DNA from: Candidatus Poribacteria bacterium
Lineage (GTDB): Bacteria; Poribacteria; WGA-4E; WGA-3G
Direction of reading: 5' to 3'
DNA: 64,000 bases
Assembly: GCA_965214095.1 (NCBI GenBank)
Contig: OZ243938.1
Coordinates: forward strand, 288,001 to 352,000
Part shown: positions 18,442 through 28,480 of the stretch, piece by piece
Layout of the letters: every line of letters begins with the position of its first letter
Position numbering within the stretch: the first letter of the stretch is position 1
Notes under the pieces: model-generated
What the model saw: only the letters and a program-made list of their open reading frames with translations
Databases searched by the model: none
Told to the model about the DNA's origin: nothing
Program-made: the position numbers and the translations under genes

Positions 18442-20271
18442 TCAATCTTCCAACTCAAGCTTACGTTTTTCATCTCTCAGACCAACATATACACAAGCAC
18501 CCATACCTAACAGTACAATTGCAAATGGGAAACCTGTCGCAAGTGATGCAGCTTGTAAAGACTTTAATCCTCCTCCAAGGAGTAACGCGATTGCCACTAA
18601 CCCCTCAACAGTGCACCAGAACACACGTTGTGGTACTGGTGCGTCAACCTTACCCCCGGCAGCTATGATGTCAATGATTAGAGAGCCAGAGTCTGACGAG
18701 GTAACGAAAAAGATAATAGTCAATAACATAGCTACGGATCCAAGCAGTATTGTTAACGGTAGTTCATCCAACATTTTGAAGAGTGCAATTGGATATTCAT
18801 ATAAAGCGACCTCATCTGCGACCTCTGTATATCCGTCAACCATGTTTTGATGAAGTGCAGTGCCTCCAAAAGCACTGAACCACAATAAACATAAGAGAGT
18901 CGGTATAACAAGCACAAATATCATGAACTCGCGCACCGTACGTCCCTTTGAAATGCGAGCGATAAATGTCCCTATGAAGGGAGCCCAAGCGATCCACCAT
19001 GCCCAGTAGAATGTCGTCCATCCATGGTAGAACCCTGTGTCCTCGCGTCCGATCCAGTTGCTGAGTGGCACAATCTTCATGATATAGGTGCCAAGACCAG
19101 TGAAAATACTACGGAATATGTAGAGTGTTGGACCGAGAACAAAAATAGCCAAGAGCAAAATGAACGCAAGGATTACATTAAACTGACTGAGACGTTTAAT
19201 ACCGACGTTAATGCCTGTTATCACTGAAATCAGGGCAATGGTCGTAATCACTACAATCAGTATTATCATGGTCAAGTTGTTTGACGGAATTCCATACAGA
19301 TAGTTCATCCCAGCTGTTACCTGCTTCACCCCCAATCCAAGAGAGGTTGCCAATCCAAAGATACCTGCGAATATCGCAAATGTATCAATGATGTGTCCAG
19401 GCCAACCCCATATACGGTCACCGAATATAGGATAAAACGCAGAACGAATGAGGAGTGGCAAGCCACGGTTGTATGCAAAAAATGCGAGAGCGAGTCCAAC
19501 AATCCCGTAGATCGCCCACCCTTGTAGTCCCCAGTGGAAGACAGTGGTTGCTATACCCATATTAGCAGCTTCCGCAGTACCAGCTGTCATACCGAGGGGA
19601 GGTCTTTGCAGATACTCCATTGGCTCTGACACACCGAAAAACAGAAGTCCAATTCCGATTCCGGCAGCAAATAGCATCGCAAGCCAAGTTATGTAGGAGT
19701 ATTCGGGTTTTGCATCTACACCACCGAGACGTATTTTACCAAATGGTGAGAGGGCAACAAACAGACAAAAGAGAAATATCAAGTTAGTGGAAATCATAAA
19801 CAACCAGTCAAGGTTTGTAGTGAGCCACTTTCGGGCACCATTAAAGAGTATTGGTACCTTTGCCTTAATTTTCTCCTCTAAAAGTGTAAATTTACCATCC
19901 TGAAGTATTTCTTGACTGATTTTCTTAAGATCCTTTTCCTCAAGTATCCCCTGAAAATCATCATTAGGACGTATTTTCAGTATTTTCAGCAGATCATCAT
20001 CTTGAAGTACTTCCTGGAGTCTTACCTGAAGTTCGCTTTCCTGAAGTTCACCTTCTTTGAGTATCTCCTGACGTATTTCCTGAAGTTTATCCTGAAGCTT
20101 ACCTTCCTGAAGATGGATATAGAATAGAGTGCCAACGATAAAAGCAATAATAGTTATACTGGAAATCACGAATACGGGTGTAAGGTATATCTCTAAACCA
20201 AACAGTTTTTTGTACTTACCTTCATCTACTTGATGTGGCATCTGTTGGGGTTGTTTTCCTTCTTCGTTCAT
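18442..20271 (-). CDS. BCCT (betaine/carnitine/choline) family transporter with an LQE-rich insertion
   Basis: WLAMLFAAGIGIGLLFFGVSEP, FHWGLQGWAIY, WTTFYWAWWIAWAPFIGTFIARISKGRT, FFVTSSDSG. Confidence 0.95.
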   Translation of the reverse strand: MNEEGKQPQQMPHQVDEGKYKKLFGLEIYLTPVFVISSITIIAFIVGTLFYIHLQEGKLQDKLQEIRQEILKEGELQESELQVRLQEVLQDDDLLKILKIRPNDDFQGILEEKDLKKISQEILQDGKFTLLEEKIKAKVPILFNGARKWLTTNLDWLFMISTNLIFLFCLFVALSPFGKIRLGGVDAKPEYSYITWLAMLFAAGIGIGLLFFGVSEPMEYLQRPPLGMTAGTAEAANMGIATTVFHWGLQGWAIYGIVGLALAFFAYNRGLPLLIRSAFYPIFGDRIWGWPGHIIDTFAIFAGIFGLATSLGLGVKQVTAGMNYLYGIPSNNLTMIILIVVITTIALISVITGINVGIKRLSQFNVILAFILLLAIFVLGPTLYIFRSIFTGLGTYIMKIVPLSNWIGREDTGFYHGWTTFYWAWWIAWAPFIGTFIARISKGRTVREFMIFVLVIPTLLCLLWFSAFGGTALHQNMVDGYTEVADEVALYEYPIALFKMLDELPLTILLGSVAMLLTIIFFVTSSDSGSLIIDIIAAGGKVDAPVPQRVFWCTVEGLVAIALLLGGGLKSLQAASLATGFPFAIVLLGMGACVYVGLRDEKRKLELED

Positions 20272-20307
20272 TTCAAGATTCTCCTTTATGATTGGTATGT
20301 TTGCCAA

Positions 20308-21621
20308 TTAGAAATAATAACCGAAGTTAAAATTCAACCGCCAATGCCACACATTATTCCCGTTTGCACCGACATGGTTGACACCTGTCAAGATGTTACT
20401 ATAGTTATCGTCAGTGTTTCCAACAAAGAAGTTACCATCGGATAGACCAAAATCACTATAAACATAGAGAGCCCCTAAGAATGTCCAACTTGCGCCGATT
20501 GTCACCAGGGTACTATTGTTATAGTTATCTGCCGATTTGAGAATTGTGCTCAACTCAACATAAGGAGTTACACTGTCTATCCATGAAATATCGTCAGTGC
20601 TAATTCCATCATAACGCAGAGATACTGCAGGAATCATTCCTGTTGAAGCAACTGGCCATGCAAAGTCATAAGCACCCATCGGAATCAAGTCACCTGTTTT
20701 CCATTGGGTATCATCTGAAATATTATGCGTGTAGTAGGTAAATTGTGAATAGAGCGTGAAGTTAGCGAGGGAGTTTTTCATGTGAGCAGAAAGTGCATAG
20801 TGATTGCCAGTATCTTCATCACCAACTGCTGTGCCTTTTAACAACCCAAATTGAACTGATGCTCCAATATCTGCGCTATCTGCAAGCGAGTAAATCGCAC
20901 GGAGGTTAATTTGATGTTGTTCATCGTAGCCGTTTTCACTATCACCCCATGTCACATTTCCATCAGCATCGGTTATTTCTTCCCACTTTACGACATCATA
21001 ACTATATCGTGAACTGTTCAGACTATCACCAAATCCTTGTGGTTCAGCCATAAGTGAATAACCAACAGACAATCCTAAGTCGTTAAACTTTGTATCCCAT
21101 CTTATACCTAAATCTGGATCATCAGAGAGTCCAACGTAAAAATGCTGGTCAAAGTACCAACTTGTTGAAACTCCGTATGCTGTCGGTCCGAATGGAACAC
21201 GAACTATTCCTGCTTTTACAGTACCTAGATCACCTAAATTATAGCCTAACCATCCTGTGTGAATCATACTGTAATTATCATACCAACGGAATTCAGCTCT
21301 TCCGATGATGTTTTGATACTCTATATCAGCATTTAATCTAAATATCTCAAGGTCTACATCTCCAATCTTTTCACCTCGTGGGTGCGGATTCTCATCATCA
21401 CCGTAAGTGCCGTATGCATAGTTAACCCGCATTGCCCCGCCAATTTTGATAGGACTTTTCTTCTGAACTTCCTCCTCAGCTATTACCTCAGTGTTTTCGG
21501 TTGTATCGGCAGTCAAGTAATTGGATGTTGATATGAAAATCAAAATTACGATACATAAGAGATTTCCATACCTATTCTTACTCAAGCAATAATAGTTCCT
21601 TAACTTATTATGAATGTGCAT
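20308..21621 (-). CDS. Outer-membrane beta-barrel (porin-like) protein upstream of the BCCT gene
   Basis: Signal-like N-terminus; IKIGGAMRVNY; amphipathic strands; C-terminal RLNFNFGYYF BamA-type signal. Confidence 0.75.
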   Translation of the reverse strand: MHIHNKLRNYYCLSKNRYGNLLCIVILIFISTSNYLTADTTENTEVIAEEEVQKKSPIKIGGAMRVNYAYGTYGDDENPHPRGEKIGDVDLEIFRLNADIEYQNIIGRAEFRWYDNYSMIHTGWLGYNLGDLGTVKAGIVRVPFGPTAYGVSTSWYFDQHFYVGLSDDPDLGIRWDTKFNDLGLSVGYSLMAEPQGFGDSLNSSRYSYDVVKWEEITDADGNVTWGDSENGYDEQHQINLRAIYSLADSADIGASVQFGLLKGTAVGDEDTGNHYALSAHMKNSLANFTLYSQFTYYTHNISDDTQWKTGDLIPMGAYDFAWPVASTGMIPAVSLRYDGISTDDISWIDSVTPYVELSTILKSADNYNNSTLVTIGASWTFLGALYVYSDFGLSDGNFFVGNTDDNYSNILTGVNHVGANGNNVWHWRLNFNFGYYF

Positions 21622-21748
21622 TTTTTCCCCTTTAATAGTAATTAATATCCATACGGATATATTTTGCACAGCTTAATAAACATAAAAATTGAATTAGTGT
21701 TTCGTTCATGTATCTCAATAGATAAAAATTTCCAGTTGATATAACTCA

Positions 21749-23758
21749 TTATTGCATATCCATACCAGAAAACATTAAAATTGTATTAATCAGTTGTCTG
21801 AAGTCACCAAGTGTTATAACTAACTTTGCACCAATACCACCATCTTGAACTCTTGCAGAAAAACCAATACTATAGTTCTCATCAACACCTGCTAAAAGAC
21901 CAGTGAACATCTGCATCCCTGCAGCTATATCTGGATCCATTTCTGACATCAGAGACATAATACTGTTTGCCACTGTAATCGGTGAGAATCCATAAAGGAT
22001 ATTATTGTCAGTACCTAACTTCTCAATTAGATGCTGAAAGCTTATGTTTTCAGCTAAACTCTCACCAATTTTTGCCTTACTGTCAAGGGCAGCCTGTATC
22101 TGTTGTGCTCCACCAATGCCAAAATAAAAGCGTTTATCGGAAAATGCATAAGACCATTGCCACTCTTGTGGCAAAATCATTGCAGCATTTGGGTCAACAT
22201 CAATGAAAGCATCTCCGAAATTTGGGAAGACAATGCTCTTAATCTCAACGTCATTATGAACTATGGAATTGCCATAATGAATGTCATTGAACATACTCAG
22301 TTGTGGAACATCTTCAATATTCTCTTGAATCAAGTTAACAATTTTCTCTATCTGCGTCAAAAAACTTTCATTCATATACGTTTTGAGTCTCTGTTCATCT
22401 TTAAGCGCAATAACATATAAATATTCTGGAAGTAAACTCTCATTGTAGTTGGTTAAGAAACTCATTTCGTTTGTAAAGGTTTCTTTAAACTCTAAAATAT
22501 CCTGAAATATCGTTTCGAGATGCTCAATTATCTCAGTGAAGTCTTCATCACTATCATCCAATCCACTTGTTGAAATGGCATTAAGCAAGTGTTTATTCAT
22601 TTCAAATAGAATTCCAAGATCTATATTAAATCCACCACAAGCAAATGCCTCATTTGGCAAATCATTGATGAGAGATAAATCATCTGGTTCAAGTTTATTC
22701 AAAGCTTGTTCGATTTTTCCATCTTTTTTGAAATGCAGATTCTGTGAGAGCATCACATCGGTATCTTCAATCTGGAGTGAAACACTAACTGAATTTAACT
22801 CCGTTAAGAATCCCGCAATCCATTCAGACATACCCTCAACGAGTGGCACAACCGCAGCAGAATCAGGATCACTCTGTATACTATCTATTATATCTTGGGA
22901 TTCTACTCTAAACCCCTCAATAAATGGTTCCATGACAGTTTGTAGGTTGAAATAAGCTGCTACTTGTTCAGTTCCTTTCATGATAGTAGCTAAGAATGAA
23001 GTGTAATTCATATTCTGGGTAATTGACATTAATTTCCCATTTATTATATCAATTACATTCTCACATACCTCAGGAAATTGCGCATATATAAGGATATCAT
23101 CTAAGATTACATAACTGCCTTCACCTGAACTCCAATAGGTAGTACCATTATATTCAACAGGTTCACTATCCTCAGCCTCAGTGTCTATTACCTCTTTAAT
23201 TATGTCTGGATCCCTTAAATGGACTATCGCACCAATACTTGCTGGTTCAAAACTTGTAAGGAAAATAGCAAAATCACTATCTAAATCCAAACCGATATCT
23301 TCTAATTCCACTAAAGTCTCAAAACCTGGATCAATAGTACTTGCTAAGAATTGGGCAAGAAATTCTGAATTTTGACCAGCTGGTGGCACAAGTTCGGCAA
23401 CAACATTATTAATCCTGTCATCTAATTCCAATAGACTCGGACAATAGATTACTCCCATTGCTGAATCGGGAATTAGATGTAAGACGCTTTCTTTTGGTAT
23501 TACTGCCGTTAATTTTTCAGTTTCTTTTTGCAAATCAGGTGAAGGTGAAACATCATTTTGATTTGCTACTTGAGCATGTTCTGATTCATTAAGTTCTGCA
23601 TTAAGAGCAATATATGTGTATGTTCCGCTTGAGTATTGCTCATTCAGAAATTCAAAATTTGTTTGTGGTTCTGATATTGCTTCGGTTACGCATCCGACAT
23701 AAACAAAAAATGTCATAAACATTAATATGACACTGAGTAATTGTAAATTCTTTTTCAT
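21749..23758 (-). CDS. Acidic hypothetical lipoprotein (DUF3352-like)
   Basis: Lipobox-like YVGC; SVLHLIPDSA motif; 669 aa; AGGAG Shine-Dalgarno. Confidence 0.6.
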   Translation of the reverse strand: MKKNLQLLSVILMFMTFFVYVGCVTEAISEPQTNFEFLNEQYSSGTYTYIALNAELNESEHAQVANQNDVSPSPDLQKETEKLTAVIPKESVLHLIPDSAMGVIYCPSLLELDDRINNVVAELVPPAGQNSEFLAQFLASTIDPGFETLVELEDIGLDLDSDFAIFLTSFEPASIGAIVHLRDPDIIKEVIDTEAEDSEPVEYNGTTYWSSGEGSYVILDDILIYAQFPEVCENVIDIINGKLMSITQNMNYTSFLATIMKGTEQVAAYFNLQTVMEPFIEGFRVESQDIIDSIQSDPDSAAVVPLVEGMSEWIAGFLTELNSVSVSLQIEDTDVMLSQNLHFKKDGKIEQALNKLEPDDLSLINDLPNEAFACGGFNIDLGILFEMNKHLLNAISTSGLDDSDEDFTEIIEHLETIFQDILEFKETFTNEMSFLTNYNESLLPEYLYVIALKDEQRLKTYMNESFLTQIEKIVNLIQENIEDVPQLSMFNDIHYGNSIVHNDVEIKSIVFPNFGDAFIDVDPNAAMILPQEWQWSYAFSDKRFYFGIGGAQQIQAALDSKAKIGESLAENISFQHLIEKLGTDNNILYGFSPITVANSIMSLMSEMDPDIAAGMQMFTGLLAGVDENYSIGFSARVQDGGIGAKLVITLGDFRQLINTILMFSGMDMQ

Positions 23759-23795
23759 GGATTCTCCTATCCTTGCTGATCAATAATCAACAACA

Positions 23796-24884
23796 TTAAT
23801 TCGTTGAATTTGAGATTTTTTCTTGAACTCTGTTGATCTCGTCTTTGGAAGTCAATACACTTATTTCCACTTCATAATGACGACGTCCACCTGGTTCTAT
23901 ATGATGGAGTGAACCACGTTCACGTTCAGATGCTCTACCTTCAACTCTACAGTTTGATGGTTCTAATCCCATCACATAAGCACCTTGTCCACACATTTTC
24001 CACTGCACAAAGTGAGGAAATTGTGTTTTGTGGTAACGGACAGCTATCCCTATTCCTTGATCCTCGTTAAACGCACGGTTTACAAGAGCAACACGAATAT
24101 GATTATCAACATCCGGTTCCATTTCATGATAGTAAACCTGTTCTTGAAAGTCTACAGTCGGTGGTTCCCCGAAGTTATAATTTGTAAGGTTTTTTTTGGC
24201 GTGTTCATCTCGTGGTGTTACCTGCGAGGTCGGGGCAATAAGTTCGCATCTATCTGCAAGAATTGGAAAACCGGCATTAATATGAAAGAGATACATTAGA
24301 GGACATTCTTTGTAACCAAGATTTTCAACAATGTCCTCAATGTGAATCTTTTTTGAACCTAATTCTGTCCATATTCGACGCGTGCGACACAAATGTTCTC
24401 CTAAGGCAGTTGTTTCTGTTACTTTCCCTTGTGCCCACAATATATAACGATTGCCTTCCCATCGTGTATCTACCCAAACATTTTTGGCTGGAATATGTGA
24501 TACTCTTCCGTGCAATCCGAGTTCATCTTCTCCATCTTTGTTAGGGGCACCTGCTTGTGTCATCCCACATGTTGTTAATAAACCGCCATAAAATCCGCGT
24601 AACCATCCCACTCCCTGGGATTCATAATGTGTTGCTGCTACATCTCCTGTTCCTGAACGCCAACATAATGGAATTCCATTAAAATCTGCAAAAGATATGT
24701 CCATACCTCTATTCGGTAGAACAGTGAAGTTCAATCCAGAACCGGTTCTAAAACCGATAGCGTCTGTGCCTTTTTCATTCCCATCATTTAGTTGATAAAC
24801 CTTTGCCTCTGCCACTTGTGAAATGTCTCCTAAGTGGTGAAGCAGCTGCATTCTATCATAATCTTCTCCAAAAAGATGTATCAA
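23796..24884 (-). CDS. Aldose 1-epimerase-like protein (DUF4432)
   Basis: GLNFTVLPNRGMDI, GGLLTTCG, LHGR, HINAGFP, FVQWK, MGLEPSN. Confidence 0.88.
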   Translation of the reverse strand: MIHLFGEDYDRMQLLHHLGDISQVAEAKVYQLNDGNEKGTDAIGFRTGSGLNFTVLPNRGMDISFADFNGIPLCWRSGTGDVAATHYESQGVGWLRGFYGGLLTTCGMTQAGAPNKDGEDELGLHGRVSHIPAKNVWVDTRWEGNRYILWAQGKVTETTALGEHLCRTRRIWTELGSKKIHIEDIVENLGYKECPLMYLFHINAGFPILADRCELIAPTSQVTPRDEHAKKNLTNYNFGEPPTVDFQEQVYYHEMEPDVDNHIRVALVNRAFNEDQGIGIAVRYHKTQFPHFVQWKMCGQGAYVMGLEPSNCRVEGRASERERGSLHHIEPGGRRHYEVEISVLTSKDEINRVQEKISNSTN

Positions 24885-24948
24885 GTTCTCAGTCTCCTTT
24901 ACTATGCTTGTTTGCTATTTTTTACTTCTATTGTTTTCAAGTCATGGC

Positions 24949-24979
24949 ATTATAACAGAAATACAAGCGAAATACAAGC
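24949..24979 (-). promoter_or_regulatory. sigma70 promoter overlapped by an 11-bp tandem direct repeat
   Basis: Minus strand TTGTAT-N17-TATAAT with TG extension. GAAATACAAGC occurs twice (24958-24979). Confidence 0.55.
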
Positions 24980-25015
24980 AAGGATATTTTGTGGTTTCAA
25001 TTCCTATAGATATGT

Positions 25016-25204
25016 GAGGAGTGTGCATAAAGAAAATCAATCTCAAATATGCTCTTAAAAGTAGTAGGCACGCTCCGCGTGCCGTCCACAAGATCAAATC
25101 GTCTCAATAGATTATGCTGCCACAAAGGGAACAATTACATATAAAGAAATACTTGATGAGAGACGCTGCCAATGTTGGCACATAATATATTTATGCACCC
25201 CCTC
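25016..25204. mobile_element. MITE (~190 bp), TIR GAGGAGTGTGCATAAA, 8-bp target duplication, with REP-like hairpin
   Basis: AGATATGT|GAGGAGTGTGCATAAA ... TTTATGCACCCCCTC|AGATATGT. Internal GTAG-GCACGC-TCC-GCGTGCC. Near-identical copy at 55698-55887. Confidence 0.85.
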
Positions 25205-25250
25205 AGATATGTAACTCACTGATTAAAATAGAGATAATTTATGATAATGC

Positions 25251-26417
25251 TTATATTTCTGTCCTTAAAATCTCTGCTGCATTTTGTATCACTTGAAGTT
25301 TCTGAGTCGCGATGTCCGTAGTATTTACTGGGCGATCTGCAAATGTGCCAAATCCACAATCTGGATTCAGATAAACCTGTTCTGGTTTCCGATGTTTTAA
25401 GAGTGCTCTTACTTTGTTCAACACAAAATCTACAGATTCCACCTCTATGGTACGCGGATCAACGACTCCCAGTCCAATCTCTTTGTCTTCAGGAAGTTCA
25501 CTCAGAACATCTATACTACCTGCTCGTTCTGTAGCATATTCTAACACAAACTGATTAATGTTCATCTTGCTAAAATATGGAATTAGTAGATCATAAGAAC
25601 CACGGAGTAAGACATCTTCCTGTTGACTCCAGTTTCCTCTACAAACGTGTAGGGCAGTTTTCATTTGTCCATCTATACCTTCAACGACACGATTGATTAG
25701 TTCTACAGCAAAGTTCAGTTCTTCTTCTGGACTGCTTTTCTCTGATAAGGCAGCACACATGAACGAATGTGTTTCATGTGGACCAGTAAATGCAACTTCG
25801 GTAAGGACTGGTTCATCAAATTGCACAAATTCACAACCTGCATTCTGTAAATCTTGTAATTCTTGTTGAAGTACATCAACAACATCGTTACCAAGGGACT
25901 CTTTGTCAGGATAGAATTCGTAGGAGAGTTTCTTCACCCACATTGATCTGGTTAATAGGTAGGGACCTGGGAGGGTGACCTTGATCGGTTTATTGGTATG
26001 TTCCTTAAGGAAAAGGAAATCGCTTAGGACAAGTGGTGATGTCCGTTTTAGTTTTCCATCAACCACTGGGTTTTTTAAGGCAAAGGCAGGAACATCTAAT
26101 GCATTCAGCAATTGTTCAAAAGCAGCTTTGTCTTCAACATAGTCAAGCATTTCAGCAAGTGTCATCAATCGAATGCCGTCAATGCATTCAGTGATGAAAG
26201 AATAGAAGTTATCGCGGCGTTGTTCTCCATCGCTGACGATATCTACACCGTTGTCTTCTTGCAGTTTTAGGCTTTCAATCACTGCATTGTCTGCAATTTC
26301 AGTGAATTCGTTGTCTGTGATGTTCCCTTTATTTCTGTTCCGTATCGCCCGTGATACCGTCCTTGAACGAGGCATGCTGCCAACGACGGTTACCGGAAAC
26401 TGTGGTAAATTGTCCAT
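25251..26417 (-). CDS. Cobalamin-independent methionine synthase II (core MetE-like, single barrel) family protein
   Basis: TVVGSMPR, SDGEQRR, LPGP, QFDEP; Zn ligands LHVCRGN, LEYA, NPDCGF. Alternative start at 26441. Confidence 0.9.
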   Translation of the reverse strand: MDNLPQFPVTVVGSMPRSRTVSRAIRNRNKGNITDNEFTEIADNAVIESLKLQEDNGVDIVSDGEQRRDNFYSFITECIDGIRLMTLAEMLDYVEDKAAFEQLLNALDVPAFALKNPVVDGKLKRTSPLVLSDFLFLKEHTNKPIKVTLPGPYLLTRSMWVKKLSYEFYPDKESLGNDVVDVLQQELQDLQNAGCEFVQFDEPVLTEVAFTGPHETHSFMCAALSEKSSPEEELNFAVELINRVVEGIDGQMKTALHVCRGNWSQQEDVLLRGSYDLLIPYFSKMNINQFVLEYATERAGSIDVLSELPEDKEIGLGVVDPRTIEVESVDFVLNKVRALLKHRKPEQVYLNPDCGFGTFADRPVNTTDIATQKLQVIQNAAEILRTEI

Positions 26418-26491
26418 TGTTCGTATCTCCTTCACTTTCATTTAATGTGTTATGTTTGCAAACGCCAAAGCTTCTGCAATTGCTTATCTGG

Positions 26492-26704
26492 TTATTCTAC
26501 TAACTCTCTTTCAAATATAACGATCACTTGATCTGACCGACCACTAAATGTCGGAAGGATGATTTCACAAAGTCTCCATCCTTCTTTTCCTTCAGTATTA
26601 AGTGTACTCTCCAAGTCTGGTACATCTCGGTCCGGAGTTCCGAGCAATCCTTTTGCGTTAATCGAAACATCAAGCTTTACCGTTTTATACTCGTATTTCT
26701 TCAT
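26492..26704 (-). CDS. DUF4177 family protein
   Basis: MKKYEYKTV...LNTEGKEGWRL...IFERE pattern. Confidence 0.8.
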   Translation of the reverse strand: MKKYEYKTVKLDVSINAKGLLGTPDRDVPDLESTLNTEGKEGWRLCEIILPTFSGRSDQVIVIFERELVE

Positions 26705-26726
26705 TACTATGCCTCACTATGCCTCG

Positions 26727-27206
26727 TTAAGACACTGTTACATAAGGACGCGTGTCAATGTAATAGACCAGATGTCCTTCGTTTTCTCTGAAACCAATTG
26801 AGCGAAAAAAGGACTCTTCACAATTTTCAACGATGTAGCCCGTGATGAAGGTTGCGCCCATTTTTTCAAGTTCATGACATAAACGTTCACCTAACAGAAG
26901 TCCTAATCTACTATTATCTGATTCAATCAACGATCCGTTGTTGTATTTCAGATTATCTCCTTGATAGTGGACATCAACTGAAAATTCCATGATGTGTGCG
27001 GAAAGACCGTCAAAAGTAGCGCGTGCAAGTCCGACAAGTTGATTTTCTATGTATGCAGCTACGATTAGGTGTGGGTGTTCCAGAATCCGTGCTGCGACTT
27101 CTTTGCCGAACCCGACCTCGCAAATATTGTTTCGTTCATAGAAGTTGAATAACGCATCAGCAGTGATGATAGGGTTGACTTGGATGTTTATGGGTTGTGG
27201 TGTCAT
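26727..27206 (-). CDS. GNAT-like acetyltransferase fold protein
   Basis: LVGLARATFDGLSAHIMEFSVDVHYQG ... FFRSIGF. Confidence 0.65.
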   Translation of the reverse strand: MTPQPINIQVNPIITADALFNFYERNNICEVGFGKEVAARILEHPHLIVAAYIENQLVGLARATFDGLSAHIMEFSVDVHYQGDNLKYNNGSLIESDNSRLGLLLGERLCHELEKMGATFITGYIVENCEESFFRSIGFRENEGHLVYYIDTRPYVTVS

Positions 27207-27256
27207 GGTTTACTTCGCTCACTGATGGTATGAGGTCTTTGTATCACAATTCTTGG

Positions 27257-28237
27257 TTAGACATCATCTTCCTGTTCGCTGGAATTGAGTGAAAGCAATA
27301 CACTCTCAATTTCTGGTTGGAATACCTCTATTAGTTTTAAAAGGTTCGTGATATGCCATTCTCTAATTTCCTTTAATTCATCTTCAGTGGCTTCAATTGA
27401 TTCATCACGAGAAACGATTATGAATGTCTCTTGCTTGTCAGCATTACGTTGCCATTCAAGGTTGCTTCCAAACCTCCTAATAATTTCTTCCTCACGATCC
27501 TTTAGTACATCAAAAAGTGGGATTCGCTTCTCACATTGTCCTTGATAGATTCTTAAATCTACCCTTGCTTTGTCACCTTGGGCAAATGAAACTCTGTATG
27601 CAATGCCCGAAGTTCCTGAGGCAACAGTACGTCGGTTTTCTCCTGTATTACTTCTAAAATTCTTGGTAAAATTATACTTATCTCTTAATTCATCAATAAG
27701 TTCTTGAAAGAAGATCCTATACTTTTCTTGCTTAGGTGATACATCTGTTAGACGTTTCTGTTTCTGATACTTTTGCCATTCATTCGGAAAAACAACTAAC
27801 TTAAAAACAGGGGTAAGTTTTGACTTGTCAATTTGTAGAAGTTCCACCACGACAGCAAAGAACTGAGTCTCAGTATCCGTTCTCTGATTTAACCATTCTA
27901 AAGCTTGGCGATGTTCATCCCTAATTTTTTCTGAAACCCATACCACTACTGACGCATCATTGCCACCTGCGTATGTAAGCAGTTTTCCCAGATGTTCATG
28001 GTTGGATCGCTTAAACTGGTTTTCAATCACAACAGTTCTTGGAGTCCCTTCAACTTGAGCTAACAGATCCAGAAAGAAATCCCCAACTGGTGCTTCTCTG
28101 TCTACGACCTCAAGATCCATTCCAAGTGCATCACCTAATTTATCAATATGTTCTGCAAGCCACGGTGTAAAATCATTTTCTTCGTGTTTAAATACTTTGT
28201 GTAACGGAATTGTCTTTAATTCTCCAAAGTCATACAT
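27257..28237 (-). CDS. DUF4268 protein with an N-terminal NucS-like PD-(D/E)xK nuclease domain
   Basis: EENDFTPWL, REAPVGDFFLDLL, VVIENQ, HEHLGKLLTYA; C-terminal FGSNLEWQ. Confidence 0.75.
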   Translation of the reverse strand: MYDFGELKTIPLHKVFKHEENDFTPWLAEHIDKLGDALGMDLEVVDREAPVGDFFLDLLAQVEGTPRTVVIENQFKRSNHEHLGKLLTYAGGNDASVVVWVSEKIRDEHRQALEWLNQRTDTETQFFAVVVELLQIDKSKLTPVFKLVVFPNEWQKYQKQKRLTDVSPKQEKYRIFFQELIDELRDKYNFTKNFRSNTGENRRTVASGTSGIAYRVSFAQGDKARVDLRIYQGQCEKRIPLFDVLKDREEEIIRRFGSNLEWQRNADKQETFIIVSRDESIEATEDELKEIREWHITNLLKLIEVFQPEIESVLLSLNSSEQEDDV

Positions 28238-28454
28238 TTTTCAGGACTCCTTCCATTTTTTTCACACGACCAGCCTTAATATCAGTACGCACTTTTTCAG
28301 CAAGTTGAGCGAGTTGGTCTTGCGATTCTGCAAAAGACTTTTCCCACCGCCGTTCATCTTCAAGCTCTTCAAAAATGATGGTTGCAATGGCATCTTGCTG
28401 TTCGGGAGGCAATTTATATACCTCAGTAAGCACTTTTTCAAGTAGCTGTGTCAT
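28230..28454 (-). CDS. Small antitoxin-like protein
   Basis: MTQLLEK...KLPPEQQDAIA...LEDERRWEKSFAESQDQL...AGR, a pattern I recognise from antitoxins normally upstream of RelE/ParE-like toxins. Strong AAGGAGG Shine-Dalgarno. Confidence 0.65.
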   Translation of the reverse strand: MTQLLEKVLTEVYKLPPEQQDAIATIIFEELEDERRWEKSFAESQDQLAQLAEKVRTDIKAGRVKKMEGVLKNV

Positions 28455-28480
28455 AATTGTTCCTCCTTAGTTTTACTAAC

